Source: an uncultured Actinomycetes bacterium
Lineage (GTDB): Bacteria; Actinomycetota; Thermoleophilia; UBA2241
DNA: 64,000 nt
Reading direction: 5' to 3'
Assembly (NCBI GenBank): GCA_963709345.1
Contig: CAVPVX010000007.1
Span: 160,001-224,000 of the forward strand
In this document: piece by piece, positions 47,105 to 55,954 of the stretch
How the letters are laid out: each line of letters opens with the position of its first letter
How positions within the stretch are numbered: position 1 is the first letter of the stretch
Made by a program: the position numbers and the translations under genes
The notes under the pieces: generated by a model
Database searches by the model: none
The model's input: the letters and a program-made list of their open reading frames with translations, nothing else
Told to the model about the DNA's origin: nothing

Positions 47105-49725
47105 AGCCCCTGGCTGTCACCATGCAGGCCTTCGGCCCCTACGCGGACGTCCAGACGCTGGACTTCGCCGACCTGCGGGGCGCAGGCTTCTTCCTCATCA
47201 CCGGTCCCACCGGATCGGGCAAGACCACCGTCCTCGACGCGATGTCGTTCGCGCTCTACGGCGACACCAGTGGCGGCCCGGAGCATGAGGGAGGCCGCAC
47301 CGGCGCGGCGATGCGCAGCGACCATGCCGACCCCGGCACTCTTACCCTTGTTCGCTTCGACTTCTCCATCGGAGGCGACCTCTATCGCGTGGAGCGCATC
47401 CCGGAGCAGGAGCGCCCGAGCCGTCGCTCGTCGGGGACCACGACGCAGAAGCAGGAGGCCACGCTGTGGGCCCTGCGCGCCGGCCCGGGCGCCCCAGACG
47501 TCGACGGCGCTCCCCTGGCGACCGGCTGGACCAAGGTGAGCGCGAAGGCCGAGGACGTCCTCGGGTTCCGCGGCGAGCAGTTCCGGCAGGTCGTGATGCT
47601 GCCGCAGGGGCGCTTCCAGCAGTTGCTCGAGGCGGACTCGGCCCAGCGCGAGCAGATCCTCCGGGCCCTGTTCGACACGGGCCACTACGCGGCCATCGAG
47701 CTGGCCCTCAAAGATGAAGCCGCCTCCCTGCGGCGTGCGGCGGAGAAGGTCGTCACGAGACGCGACGAGATCCTCCGCCAGGCGGGAACCGAAAGCGCCG
47801 ACGACCTGAGCGAGCGCTGCGCCCGGCTCAGCGTGGAGGCCGGCGACGCGGCGCGGCACGCCCTCGTCGCCGAGAGCGAGCGCGAGGCGGCGCAGAAGGC
47901 CCTCGGCGAGGGCCTCGACGCCGCCGCCAGGCTGCGCGAGCGCGACGCTGCCCGAGCCCTGCTCGACGAGCTGGCGGAGCAGGAGAGCACGATCGAGGAG
48001 CGCCGCACCGAACTCGACGCCGCGCGGCGGGCCGCGACCGTGGCGGATGTCGCGCGCCAGGCCGCCGAGACGGAGGAGGCGGCGTCGGACGCCCGCCTGG
48101 CCGCGGAAGCCGCGACCGCCGCCGCCGAAAGAGCGGCCGCCACACGAGCCGCGGCTGTCGCGGCCCTCGACGTCGAAGTCTCACGGACCGAAGCTCGAGA
48201 GCACGCAAGCGCGGAGGTCACCCGCTTCGAGGCCTTCGTCGCCGGGGCGGGAGCGCTCGCCGAGGCCAGGGTTGCGGTCTCCGAGGCGACCGCCGTCGTC
48301 GTCGCACGCCGCCGCGACGCCCAGGCGGCGGATGCCGCCTGGGCCGCCGCCCGCGACCAGCTTGCGGGGCTCGACGCCCGCTGGCGCGACGCCCAGGCCG
48401 GGCTGCTCGCCTCCCGCCTCGCCGACGGCAGCCCCTGCCCCGTCTGCGGTTCGCCCGAGCATCCCGCGCCGGCCGCGCTCCCCGGCGCGGCGCCGTCCGG
48501 CGACGAGGTCGACGCGGCCCGCACCATGTTCGAGGCCGCCGCGGCCACGCGCGACTCGGCGGCGGCCGCCGCGGCACCTGCGGTCGCCGCGCTCGCCCGC
48601 GCGGAGGCCCTCGCCGGCGCGCGGGCGGAGGGCCTTCCGGACGATCTCAGGGACTCCAAGGCCCTGGCGGCGGCGCTCACGGCCGCCAAACGCCACAGCA
48701 CCGAGCTTCGCGAAGCGCACGAGCGGGCGCAGGCGGCCGAGCGCGACGCCGAGATCGCCGTCTCGCGCCGTGAAGCGGAGCGCGCCGCCGCGGCGGCGAC
48801 GCTCGTCGCCGCCCTCGAGACGTCCGCCACGGCGGCGACGAGGTTCGGCGAGCGCCTCGCTGCCGCCGGCTTCGCCACCGGGGCGGACCTCCAGGGGGCA
48901 CGACGCGACCCCAAGGTCGTCGAGCAGCTGGCCGGCCTCGTCGAAGAGCACGAACGGGCGACGATCAAGGCCGGGGAGCGGCTTCGCCTCGCGGAGAAGG
49001 CCGCCACCGGCCTGCTGCCACCGGACGTTCCCGCACTGGAGGCGGCGGCGGCGACTGCCACCGCCGCCGCACGCAACGCCCGTGACGCGGCGGCGGCGCT
49101 CCAGGCGAGCGCCGAGGTGGCCGAGAGCCAGCTGGCCCGTCTCGGCCAGCTCGCCGACGAGGCCGCCGTCCTCGAGGAGCAGTACGCCGTCACCGGTCGC
49201 CTGGCCGACGTCGCCAACCGCCGCAACCCCCTCGGCCTGTCGTTCCAGAGCTACGTCCTCGGCGCCTTCCTCGACGACGTCCTGGTCGCCGCTTCCGAGC
49301 GCCTGCGTGAGATGACCAAGAGCCGCTACAGCCTCGAGCGCACCGAGCAGCGCAGCGGCCGCAAGCAGGCGGCCGGACTCGGACTGCTCGCCTACGACGC
49401 CTGGACGGGCGTCTCCAGGGCCGTGACCACGCTCTCGGGAGGCGAGAAGTTCATGGCTGCTCTGGCCCTGGCGCTCGGACTCGCCGAGGTCGTGCAGGCG
49501 CACGCCGGTGGCATCCGGCTCGAGACGGTGTTCGTCGACGAGGGCTTCGGCTCGCTCGACGACGAGTCGCTGGATCTCGCGGTCGGCTCACTGATGCGCC
49601 TCAACGAAGGCGGCAGACTCGTCGGGATCATCTCGCACGTGAGCGAGCTCAGAGAGCGCATCGACGCGCGCCTCGACGTGACCGCCGGGAAGCGCGGCAG
49701 CAGTGCGTGCTTCGTCGTGCCCTGA
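47101..49725 (+). CDS. sbcC: SbcC/Rad50 ATPase
   Basis: GPTGSGKT, LPQGRF Q-loop, CPVCGS Zn hook, LSGGE, DEGFGSLD, IISHV. Confidence 0.95.
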   Translation: MKPLAVTMQAFGPYADVQTLDFADLRGAGFFLITGPTGSGKTTVLDAMSFALYGDTSGGPEHEGGRTGAAMRSDHADPGTLTLVRFDFSIGGDLYRVERIPEQERPSRRSSGTTTQKQEATLWALRAGPGAPDVDGAPLATGWTKVSAKAEDVLGFRGEQFRQVVMLPQGRFQQLLEADSAQREQILRALFDTGHYAAIELALKDEAASLRRAAEKVVTRRDEILRQAGTESADDLSERCARLSVEAGDAARHALVAESEREAAQKALGEGLDAAARLRERDAARALLDELAEQESTIEERRTELDAARRAATVADVARQAAETEEAASDARLAAEAATAAAERAAATRAAAVAALDVEVSRTEAREHASAEVTRFEAFVAGAGALAEARVAVSEATAVVVARRRDAQAADAAWAAARDQLAGLDARWRDAQAGLLASRLADGSPCPVCGSPEHPAPAALPGAAPSGDEVDAARTMFEAAAATRDSAAAAAAPAVAALARAEALAGARAEGLPDDLRDSKALAAALTAAKRHSTELREAHERAQAAERDAEIAVSRREAERAAAAATLVAALETSATAATRFGERLAAAGFATGADLQGARRDPKVVEQLAGLVEEHERATIKAGERLRLAEKAATGLLPPDVPALEAAAATATAAARNARDAAAALQASAEVAESQLARLGQLADEAAVLEEQYAVTGRLADVANRRNPLGLSFQSYVLGAFLDDVLVAASERLREMTKSRYSLERTEQRSGRKQAAGLGLLAYDAWTGVSRAVTTLSGGEKFMAALALALGLAEVVQAHAGGIRLETVFVDEGFGSLDDESLDLAVGSLMRLNEGGRLVGIISHVSELRERIDARLDVTAGKRGSSACFVVP

Positions 49726-49744
49726 CCAGGGGGATACTGGGATC

Positions 49745-49909
49745 ATGCACGCGCAGCGCAGAAGAATGGCTCTGATCCTCTTCGTCGTCGCCGTCGTGGC
49801 GGTGGCTGCGTTCGCGTTCGGCATCACGTTGTGCATCGACTGGGGCGGCGCGAGCAGCCCGCCACACTTCTACGTCCGGCCGGCAGTGCTCACGCTCCTT
49901 CTCGTCTGA
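49745..49909 (+). CDS. Small membrane protein
   Basis: Basic N-terminus followed by a hydrophobic helix; 54 aa. Confidence 0.45.
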   Translation: MHAQRRRMALILFVVAVVAVAAFAFGITLCIDWGGASSPPHFYVRPAVLTLLLV

Positions 49910-49969
49910 GCCGGCCGGCCCGGTGCGCATAGAGCCCATCAGCATCATCGCACGCACTTGGGAGGCCAC

Positions 49970-50713
49970 GTGAGCGCACTCATCCAGCCCGACCCGACCA
50001 CGCTGATCGCCGCGCTCGACCTCGTCACCCCGCCGACCGGCGTGTACGACGCCCCGGACCCCACGGCGTTCGCGCCCCTCGTCACGCCCGACCCGGAGCA
50101 CGGCCACGGCGCCTGCATCTTCACCTACTACGGCCACTGGCTCGAGGGCCGGACGCTGCTCCTCACCGCCGACGACTTCGGCTGCGGCGGCTGCGGCCGC
50201 GCCTTCTTCGGCGTGCGGACGCGCTCGCGAGATGCCTACATCGACTTCCTCTGGCGGGACGAAGGCCTCCGCGCGACCCGCGAGCTCATGGCGGAGTGGC
50301 TCGACAACGCGCCTACCTACCGGCCCGAGCACGGCAACGTGCTCATCGGGCCGCTACGGCCGGCGCAGGCCGAGTACCTCAAGACCGTCACGTTCTGGGT
50401 CAACCCCGATCAGCTCAGCGTCCTTCAACACGGTGCCTACCACCACCATGCCTGGGGGACGCCCGACCCCGTGACCGTCCCCTTCGGTTCGGGCTGCTCC
50501 GAGCTCGTCGTACCCTTCCGCGACCTCTCGCTACCGCAGGCGGCGATCGGCGGCACCGACGTCGCCATGCGCGGCGACATCCCCGCCGGCGTCCTCGCGT
50601 TCACCGTCACCGTCCCGATGCTCGCCCGGCTGTGCGCACTCGGCGAGCAGAGCTTCCTCGGCAAGGGGTTCCTGGCCCGGCTGCGCGAGTCTCGCGGCGG
50701 ATCGCTGGCCTGA
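49970..50713 (+). CDS. DUF169-family protein
   Basis: GGAGG + GTG; C..., CGGC, VTFWVNPDQLS, SGC, IGGTD..R motifs. Confidence 0.75.
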   Translation: MSALIQPDPTTLIAALDLVTPPTGVYDAPDPTAFAPLVTPDPEHGHGACIFTYYGHWLEGRTLLLTADDFGCGGCGRAFFGVRTRSRDAYIDFLWRDEGLRATRELMAEWLDNAPTYRPEHGNVLIGPLRPAQAEYLKTVTFWVNPDQLSVLQHGAYHHHAWGTPDPVTVPFGSGCSELVVPFRDLSLPQAAIGGTDVAMRGDIPAGVLAFTVTVPMLARLCALGEQSFLGKGFLARLRESRGGSLA

Positions 50714-50719
50714 GACCGG

Positions 50720-51565
50720 CTACTCCGCCGCAGACACCACCCAGGCCGTGGCAGCGTCGACCACCCGGAAGCCGTGACGCAGGTACAGCGGCTGGCCGGC
50801 TTCGCTCGCGGTAAGGTAGAAGGCTCGAGTCCTATCCGCGTGCACGCGGAGCACGTGCGCCAGCAACCGACCGCCGAGCCCCCTGCCCTGCAGCTCAGGC
50901 AGAGTCGCCATCCCCGAGACGCCGAGGACGCCGTCGTCGGCGACGACGCACACGCAGCCGACGGCGGCGCCGTCGAGACGCACAAGGTACGCGGTCAGCG
51001 CCGGGTCGCCGAGAAGATCGCGGGTGATGACCCGTCCGTACAGATCGCGAGGAAGGTCGAAGGCCGCCTCGCTCACGGCGAGGAACTCGGCCAGCCCGAC
51101 TTCCGTTGTGACCGGCTCCACCCGGCACGATCGGGAGCGGCCGGTCCCGTCCGGGGAGAGCAGCGTCTTGATCTCCGCGTGCGCCGTCGGGGCCGACTGC
51201 GCCGCATCCGGACCGGAGGGTCTCACCATGAGGGGGATCGGGGGCAGCGGCTCCAAGCCCAGATCGCGAGCCAGAGGCTCGAGCTCGGCCTGAACGCGCT
51301 CGCTCAGACAGATGTAGCCCCCGACCCGCCGCTCGCCGATGCGCGCGACGAACTCACGCAGGCGCGCCTCGGCGGAGTCCTCGCCCCCCGGCACATCGCC
51401 GAAGATCACGCCGCAGTTGAGGAAGACGCTGTTGAGACCGCTGCACCCCAGGATCGCATGCGAGGCGATCACGCAGTCGGCCCCATGCGTGCTCCCGTAG
51501 AAGCGGACGATCATCCGGCCCATGCTGCGGTACAGATCGTCGACGGCGGGCACGGCCTCGTGCAA
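50720..51565 (-). CDS. GNAT acetyltransferase
   Basis: MATLPELQGRGLG, LTASEAGQPLYLRHGF; TTG start with GGGAG assumed. Confidence 0.85.
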   Translation of the reverse strand: MHEAVPAVDDLYRSMGRMIVRFYGSTHGADCVIASHAILGCSGLNSVFLNCGVIFGDVPGGEDSAEARLREFVARIGERRVGGYICLSERVQAELEPLARDLGLEPLPPIPLMVRPSGPDAAQSAPTAHAEIKTLLSPDGTGRSRSCRVEPVTTEVGLAEFLAVSEAAFDLPRDLYGRVITRDLLGDPALTAYLVRLDGAAVGCVCVVADDGVLGVSGMATLPELQGRGLGGRLLAHVLRVHADRTRAFYLTASEAGQPLYLRHGFRVVDAATAWVVSAAE

Positions 51566-51877
51566 GACGGCTCCCTGGGACGCGTGTCGGAAGAGCGGGC
51601 CCTTGCTGCTATCATCGGCACCACGAGCCCGGCGGACGACCCCTTGGGCCGAGCCACAAGCTGCGACGTGACGAACGCCTCGAGCGACAATGGTACTCCG
51701 AGCGCCGACGCATAGCACGGCGCGCACGACCGGAGCACCCGAGGGAGATGCGATCATGACCACACGACCACGGACCCGCCGACCGGCTGCCGGCGACAGG
51801 GCCGTGCATGTCATCGGCGGCGCCGCGCCCGAGCACGGAGGCGTCGAGGCGATGTCGATCCACGTACACCCGTCGCC

Positions 51878-52174
51878 GTGACCTCCCGCGAAGCGCTCCG
51901 CCGGCTCAACCGCAATCGCGAGAAGCTCCGCACGCACCACGTGCGGCACATCGCGGTGTTCGGGTCAACGGCCCGCGACCAGGCGACGGCGCAGAGCGAC
52001 GTCGACCTCCTCGTCGAGTTCGATCCTGAGGCGCGCGTCGGCCTGTTCGGTTACGTGCGCCTGCTCGACTTTCTCGGAGACGTCATGGACACGCGCATCG
52101 ACCTGGCCACGGCCGCCGCACTGCGGCCCGAGATGCGCGAGCAGATCCTGGGGGAGGCCGTCCGTGCCTTCTGA
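51878..52174 (+). CDS. Minimal nucleotidyltransferase antitoxin (MntA-like)
   Basis: FGSTARDQATAQSDVD (GS-X10-DXD), IDL. Confidence 0.92.
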   Translation: MTSREALRRLNRNREKLRTHHVRHIAVFGSTARDQATAQSDVDLLVEFDPEARVGLFGYVRLLDFLGDVMDTRIDLATAAALRPEMREQILGEAVRAF

Positions 52175-52547
52175 ACGATCGGCCGCGTATCTGGAGCGCC
52201 AGGCCAAGCTGCGCTTTCGCGACTGGCGCTTCCGCGTCCGGGACATCCTCGCCGCCCTGGCGGCGATCGAGACCTACGCGGAGGGAATGGACCGCGGCGC
52301 CTTCGTCGCCGACCGCCGCACGCGCGACGCGGTCCTCCACAATCTCATGCTGGTCGGAGAGTCGGTCCGCTGGATCCCGGACGCTATCCTCGACGCTCAC
52401 CCGGAGGTACCCTGGCGCCTCCTGCGCAGCGTGCGCAACGTGGTCGTGCACGAATACTTCGGCATCGACGACGCTATCCTGTGGGTCACGGTGCGCGACG
52501 ACCTGCCCTCGCTCGTCGACGATCTGGAGGCGGTCCTCCGGTCGTGA
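52164..52547 (+). CDS. HEPN/DUF86 RNase toxin (HepT-like)
   Basis: DAVLHNL..GE, PEVPW, RNVVVHEY (R-X4-H-X-Y); overlaps MNT. Confidence 0.92.
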   Translation: MPSERSAAYLERQAKLRFRDWRFRVRDILAALAAIETYAEGMDRGAFVADRRTRDAVLHNLMLVGESVRWIPDAILDAHPEVPWRLLRSVRNVVVHEYFGIDDAILWVTVRDDLPSLVDDLEAVLRS

Positions 52548-52576
52548 CCGCCCTCGACCAGGCTGTAGCGCGACCC

Positions 52577-53191
52577 TCAGAAGAGGATCGGCAGCAAGTC
52601 CGTGGAGAAGATGACCTTGGTCATGTCGAGGCTCTCGCCGATGACCGACTGGATGGCGTCGTGGCCGGCCTGCGTCAGCTTGAACTGAAGGCCGTCGATC
52701 TTGTACGCCTTGCCCTTGTGCGTGACCTTGGGCGCGTGGGTCGACTCCGCCAGCGCGACGCGCAGATACGGGCCTGCGAGTGTCTTGTAGGAGACTGACA
52801 TCTGGTAGTGGGTCTTGCTCAGCGCGATGATGCGGATGCCCTCGGCCCGGAAGATCTTGTGCCCGATCTCGGACGCCTCGACGAAGCGTATGGACCCGCG
52901 GTGCATGAAGGTGCCCTTGCCGCTCGAAGGAGCGTAGGTCCCACCGCTCTTCATCGGCACGCGGAACCACCAGTACATGTTGCCGGACTTGTTCCACAGT
53001 GCCTTCTGGGTGGCCGGCGCGAACGCGGCCAGTGTCACGTGCTTGGCGCCGAGCTCGGTGACGTACGCGGCCCCGACCGTGATGTGCGTGCTCCCCTTGC
53101 GGACTCCGGCGGCCTGCGCCGGCACCGCCATCACGAGGACGGCCAGAAGAACGGCCAGACCTGCCAGAGCGAGACGTCTCCGTGTTCCCAT
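52577..53191 (-). CDS. Secreted hypothetical protein
   Basis: Signal peptide MGTRRRLALAG..PAQA; GGAGG RBS; beta-rich mature part. Confidence 0.75.
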   Translation of the reverse strand: MGTRRRLALAGLAVLLAVLVMAVPAQAAGVRKGSTHITVGAAYVTELGAKHVTLAAFAPATQKALWNKSGNMYWWFRVPMKSGGTYAPSSGKGTFMHRGSIRFVEASEIGHKIFRAEGIRIIALSKTHYQMSVSYKTLAGPYLRVALAESTHAPKVTHKGKAYKIDGLQFKLTQAGHDAIQSVIGESLDMTKVIFSTDLLPILF

Positions 53192-53391
53192 GTGCTGCCT
53201 CCCGTCGGGTGCCGGCGACCGCCGTCCGGCCGCCGGCTGTTCACTCCCATACACAGCACGTATCGACCGCGGCGCGCGCAGACTGAAGCGCGGCCGTGCC
53301 TCTCGACGACCCTGGCGACTGATCACGACCCGGGCAAGGCCGGCCGGAGGAGGCGCGCCACGCCCGGGTTCACGTGTACAATCGTCGGCGC

Positions 53392-54396
53392 ATGCAGCAG
53401 GTCCGCCCCCAGGAAGAGGTTCGGTACGCCGGCCTCGGCGTGCGTTTCGCCGCCGTGCTCGTCGACACGCTCGTGCTCTTCGGCCTGCTGATCCTCGTCG
53501 CCATGGTGTACGTCCTCGTGCTGGCGGCCCGGGGCACGGTCGACCTCAACGACCCCGCCGCGGTGCAGGCGCTCAGCGCCGACTTCCAGGTGTCCGACTG
53601 GGTGGCGAATGTCGTCGTCTTCGGCGGGCTCTTCGTCTACTACACGGTGCTGGAGGCGCTCTTCGGGGCCAGCGTCGGCAAGCTCGTCTTCCGCATACGC
53701 GTGACCATGGTCGACGGCACACGGCCCGGCGGCGGCGCCGTGATCCTGCGGAATCTGGTGCGCATCCCCGAGGCGTGGCTTCTGTACGCGCCGGCCGCCG
53801 TGTCCTGCCTCATCGGCCAGAAGTGCCAGCGGCTTGGCGACCACGCCGCGCGCACCGTCGTCGTGCGACGGGCGCCCGTCCGTGCGGCCGGCGCACCGGC
53901 CACCCCCGGTACCGCTCCCTGGCCCAGCCAGCCGCCCGGCGGCGCGACGCCGCTCCCTCCGGAGCCACCCGCGGCGGCTCTCGACATCCCGATGACGTCT
54001 CCGCCGCCGGCGACCGCCGAGCCCGGGCTCTCCGAGGCCCTTGCCGGCCTGAGGACGGCGGCGCTGGCCGCGCGAGGCGCGCATTCGAACTACCTCTACT
54101 TCTCCGAGCGGGAGCTCAAGGCTTCGTCGTCCGGCGCGCCCGAAGCGGCGTACGCGCCCGAGTACGTCGGCGCCTGGTACACCCTGGCGGACGCCGTCGT
54201 TGAGCTGCAGGGCGCCCACGCCCTCGCCGAAACCCTCGCCTCGCAGACCGGCGCGACCCTCGAGAGCTCCGTGACCGACCAGCCAGACCTCCTGCACCTG
54301 CTCCGGGAGCTTCACCCGTACGTGACGGCGGTAAGCGACGAGCAGACCCACGAGGCCTACCTGCAGGTCGCTCGTGGGGACGCACCGCCGGCCTGA
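53392..54396 (+). CDS. RDD-family membrane protein with extra C-terminal domain
   Basis: YAGLGVRFAAVLVD, GASVGK, ILRN, QRLGDHAARTVVV; TACAAT upstream. Confidence 0.88.
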   Translation: MQQVRPQEEVRYAGLGVRFAAVLVDTLVLFGLLILVAMVYVLVLAARGTVDLNDPAAVQALSADFQVSDWVANVVVFGGLFVYYTVLEALFGASVGKLVFRIRVTMVDGTRPGGGAVILRNLVRIPEAWLLYAPAAVSCLIGQKCQRLGDHAARTVVVRRAPVRAAGAPATPGTAPWPSQPPGGATPLPPEPPAAALDIPMTSPPPATAEPGLSEALAGLRTAALAARGAHSNYLYFSERELKASSSGAPEAAYAPEYVGAWYTLADAVVELQGAHALAETLASQTGATLESSVTDQPDLLHLLRELHPYVTAVSDEQTHEAYLQVARGDAPPA

Positions 54397-54829
54397 CGCG
54401 GCGATGGGCGGCGCCGTGAGGCGCCGCCCATCCACCACACCAAGGGGGCTTCTTGCGGGAGGCGGACCCGCCCCGCCGCCAGGGTGCCTGGCGCACGACC
54501 AGGCTCTGTGAGGCACGCTTCCGCTGAGCCCAGCCGGCGAGGTCAGTAGCCTCCACCGACCACCGGTACGAGCCCGGCCGCAAGCGAAGCGCGACCCGAG
54601 CGACGTCCCTGCCTTCGCCTACCGGCATCGGCAGCGCGAACTCGGCCGCAGTGAGGCGTCCTCCCCTTCGAGTGGCACTCGCACCCCCTTCGCATGGAGC
54701 GTCCCGCCTCGGGCGTCCGGGACGAGCGCTCCGTAGCTCCTTGGTATTCCGCCCCGGAGGCGCCGCCGACGCCTCACCGGGGCCGCTTCCGGGTACGATG
54801 CACACAGTCGGGGCGACCGAGGGGGCAGG

Positions 54830-55894
54830 ATGATGATCGGCAGGGCTTCGTTCACAGTAGCGCGCGCGCTGCTCGCACTCGTCCTCGGCGCGATGGCAAG
54901 CCTGGCGCTTGCCGAAGCGGCCGGGGCGGCCGCGCCGAGACCGTTCCCGATCTGCATCGTCATGGGCGGGCAGGCGGGCCCCGACATCGCGGGTAGCACG
55001 GTCGTCTGGACGGACAACCGCAACGGCAACCTCGACATCTACGGCCGTGACCTCAGCACCGGCGCGACCTTCGCGGTCTGCCGGAACGCGGCGCCGCAGG
55101 ACAACCCGTCCGTCACTCGCTACGTGACGGCGAGCGGTAAGGTCCGCTACCTCGCCGTGTGGGTCGACAGGCGCGACCACCCGAGCGACGGCGCCGGCGA
55201 TATCCACGGTCGTGACATCACCCGCAAGCGCACCTTCGTCGTGTCGCGCAGTGCCGGCATCAAGTGGTTCCCCAAGATCGTCGACCGCTGGGTGCTCTGG
55301 GTCGAGGCCGACGACAGTGCCGGCCCGTACCGCATCAAGGCGCGTGACCTGGACGCCGGCAAGAGCTACCTTCTGGCCACCAGCACGATCCTCAGCCCGG
55401 TCGGGCTCGACCGCCGGACCGTCGCCGGCAAGCGCGTGTACACCGCCGTGTACGCGTCTGGCAAGGGCGACATCAGCGGCCGTGACCTGCCCAGCGGCTC
55501 CCCGTTCCGCGTCTCACGGAAACCGGAGTTCGAGTGGATGCCCGACATCAGCGGCAACCGCGTCGTCTGGTGGGCGTCCGGCGGCCGAATCATGCTCAGG
55601 AACCTGAAGACCGGCAAGACGACCTTCGTGCACAAGGGCTCGCGGCCGCGCATTGACGGCGAGCTCGTCGTCTGGGACGGCGGCGGGCGCGGCGGCTCCT
55701 ACTCCATCACCTACGAGAAGGGCGCGAAGATCTACGTACGCAACGTCGCCCGGAGCAGCGGCGTGACGGCGATCGCGCAGACGGACCTCACCTGCCTCTT
55801 CCCCGCCGTGAGCGGGCGACGCGTCGTCTGGGAGTCCGGGCCGGCGAGCCGCGTCCTCGGCCACATCCATATCTACGGCGCGCGCCTCCGCTGA
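54830..55894 (+). CDS. Secreted beta-propeller repeat protein (TolB/Methanosarcina-type repeats)
   Basis: Signal peptide; repeats PDIAGSTVVWTDNRNGNLDIYGRDL, PDISGNRVVW, PAVSGRRVVW. Confidence 0.8.
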   Translation: MMIGRASFTVARALLALVLGAMASLALAEAAGAAAPRPFPICIVMGGQAGPDIAGSTVVWTDNRNGNLDIYGRDLSTGATFAVCRNAAPQDNPSVTRYVTASGKVRYLAVWVDRRDHPSDGAGDIHGRDITRKRTFVVSRSAGIKWFPKIVDRWVLWVEADDSAGPYRIKARDLDAGKSYLLATSTILSPVGLDRRTVAGKRVYTAVYASGKGDISGRDLPSGSPFRVSRKPEFEWMPDISGNRVVWWASGGRIMLRNLKTGKTTFVHKGSRPRIDGELVVWDGGGRGGSYSITYEKGAKIYVRNVARSSGVTAIAQTDLTCLFPAVSGRRVVWESGPASRVLGHIHIYGARLR

Positions 55895-55954
55895 CGAACG
55901 CTCCTCCGGTGCGGCGGATCACGCGACGGATGACGCGGCACGCGACTTCGGAGC

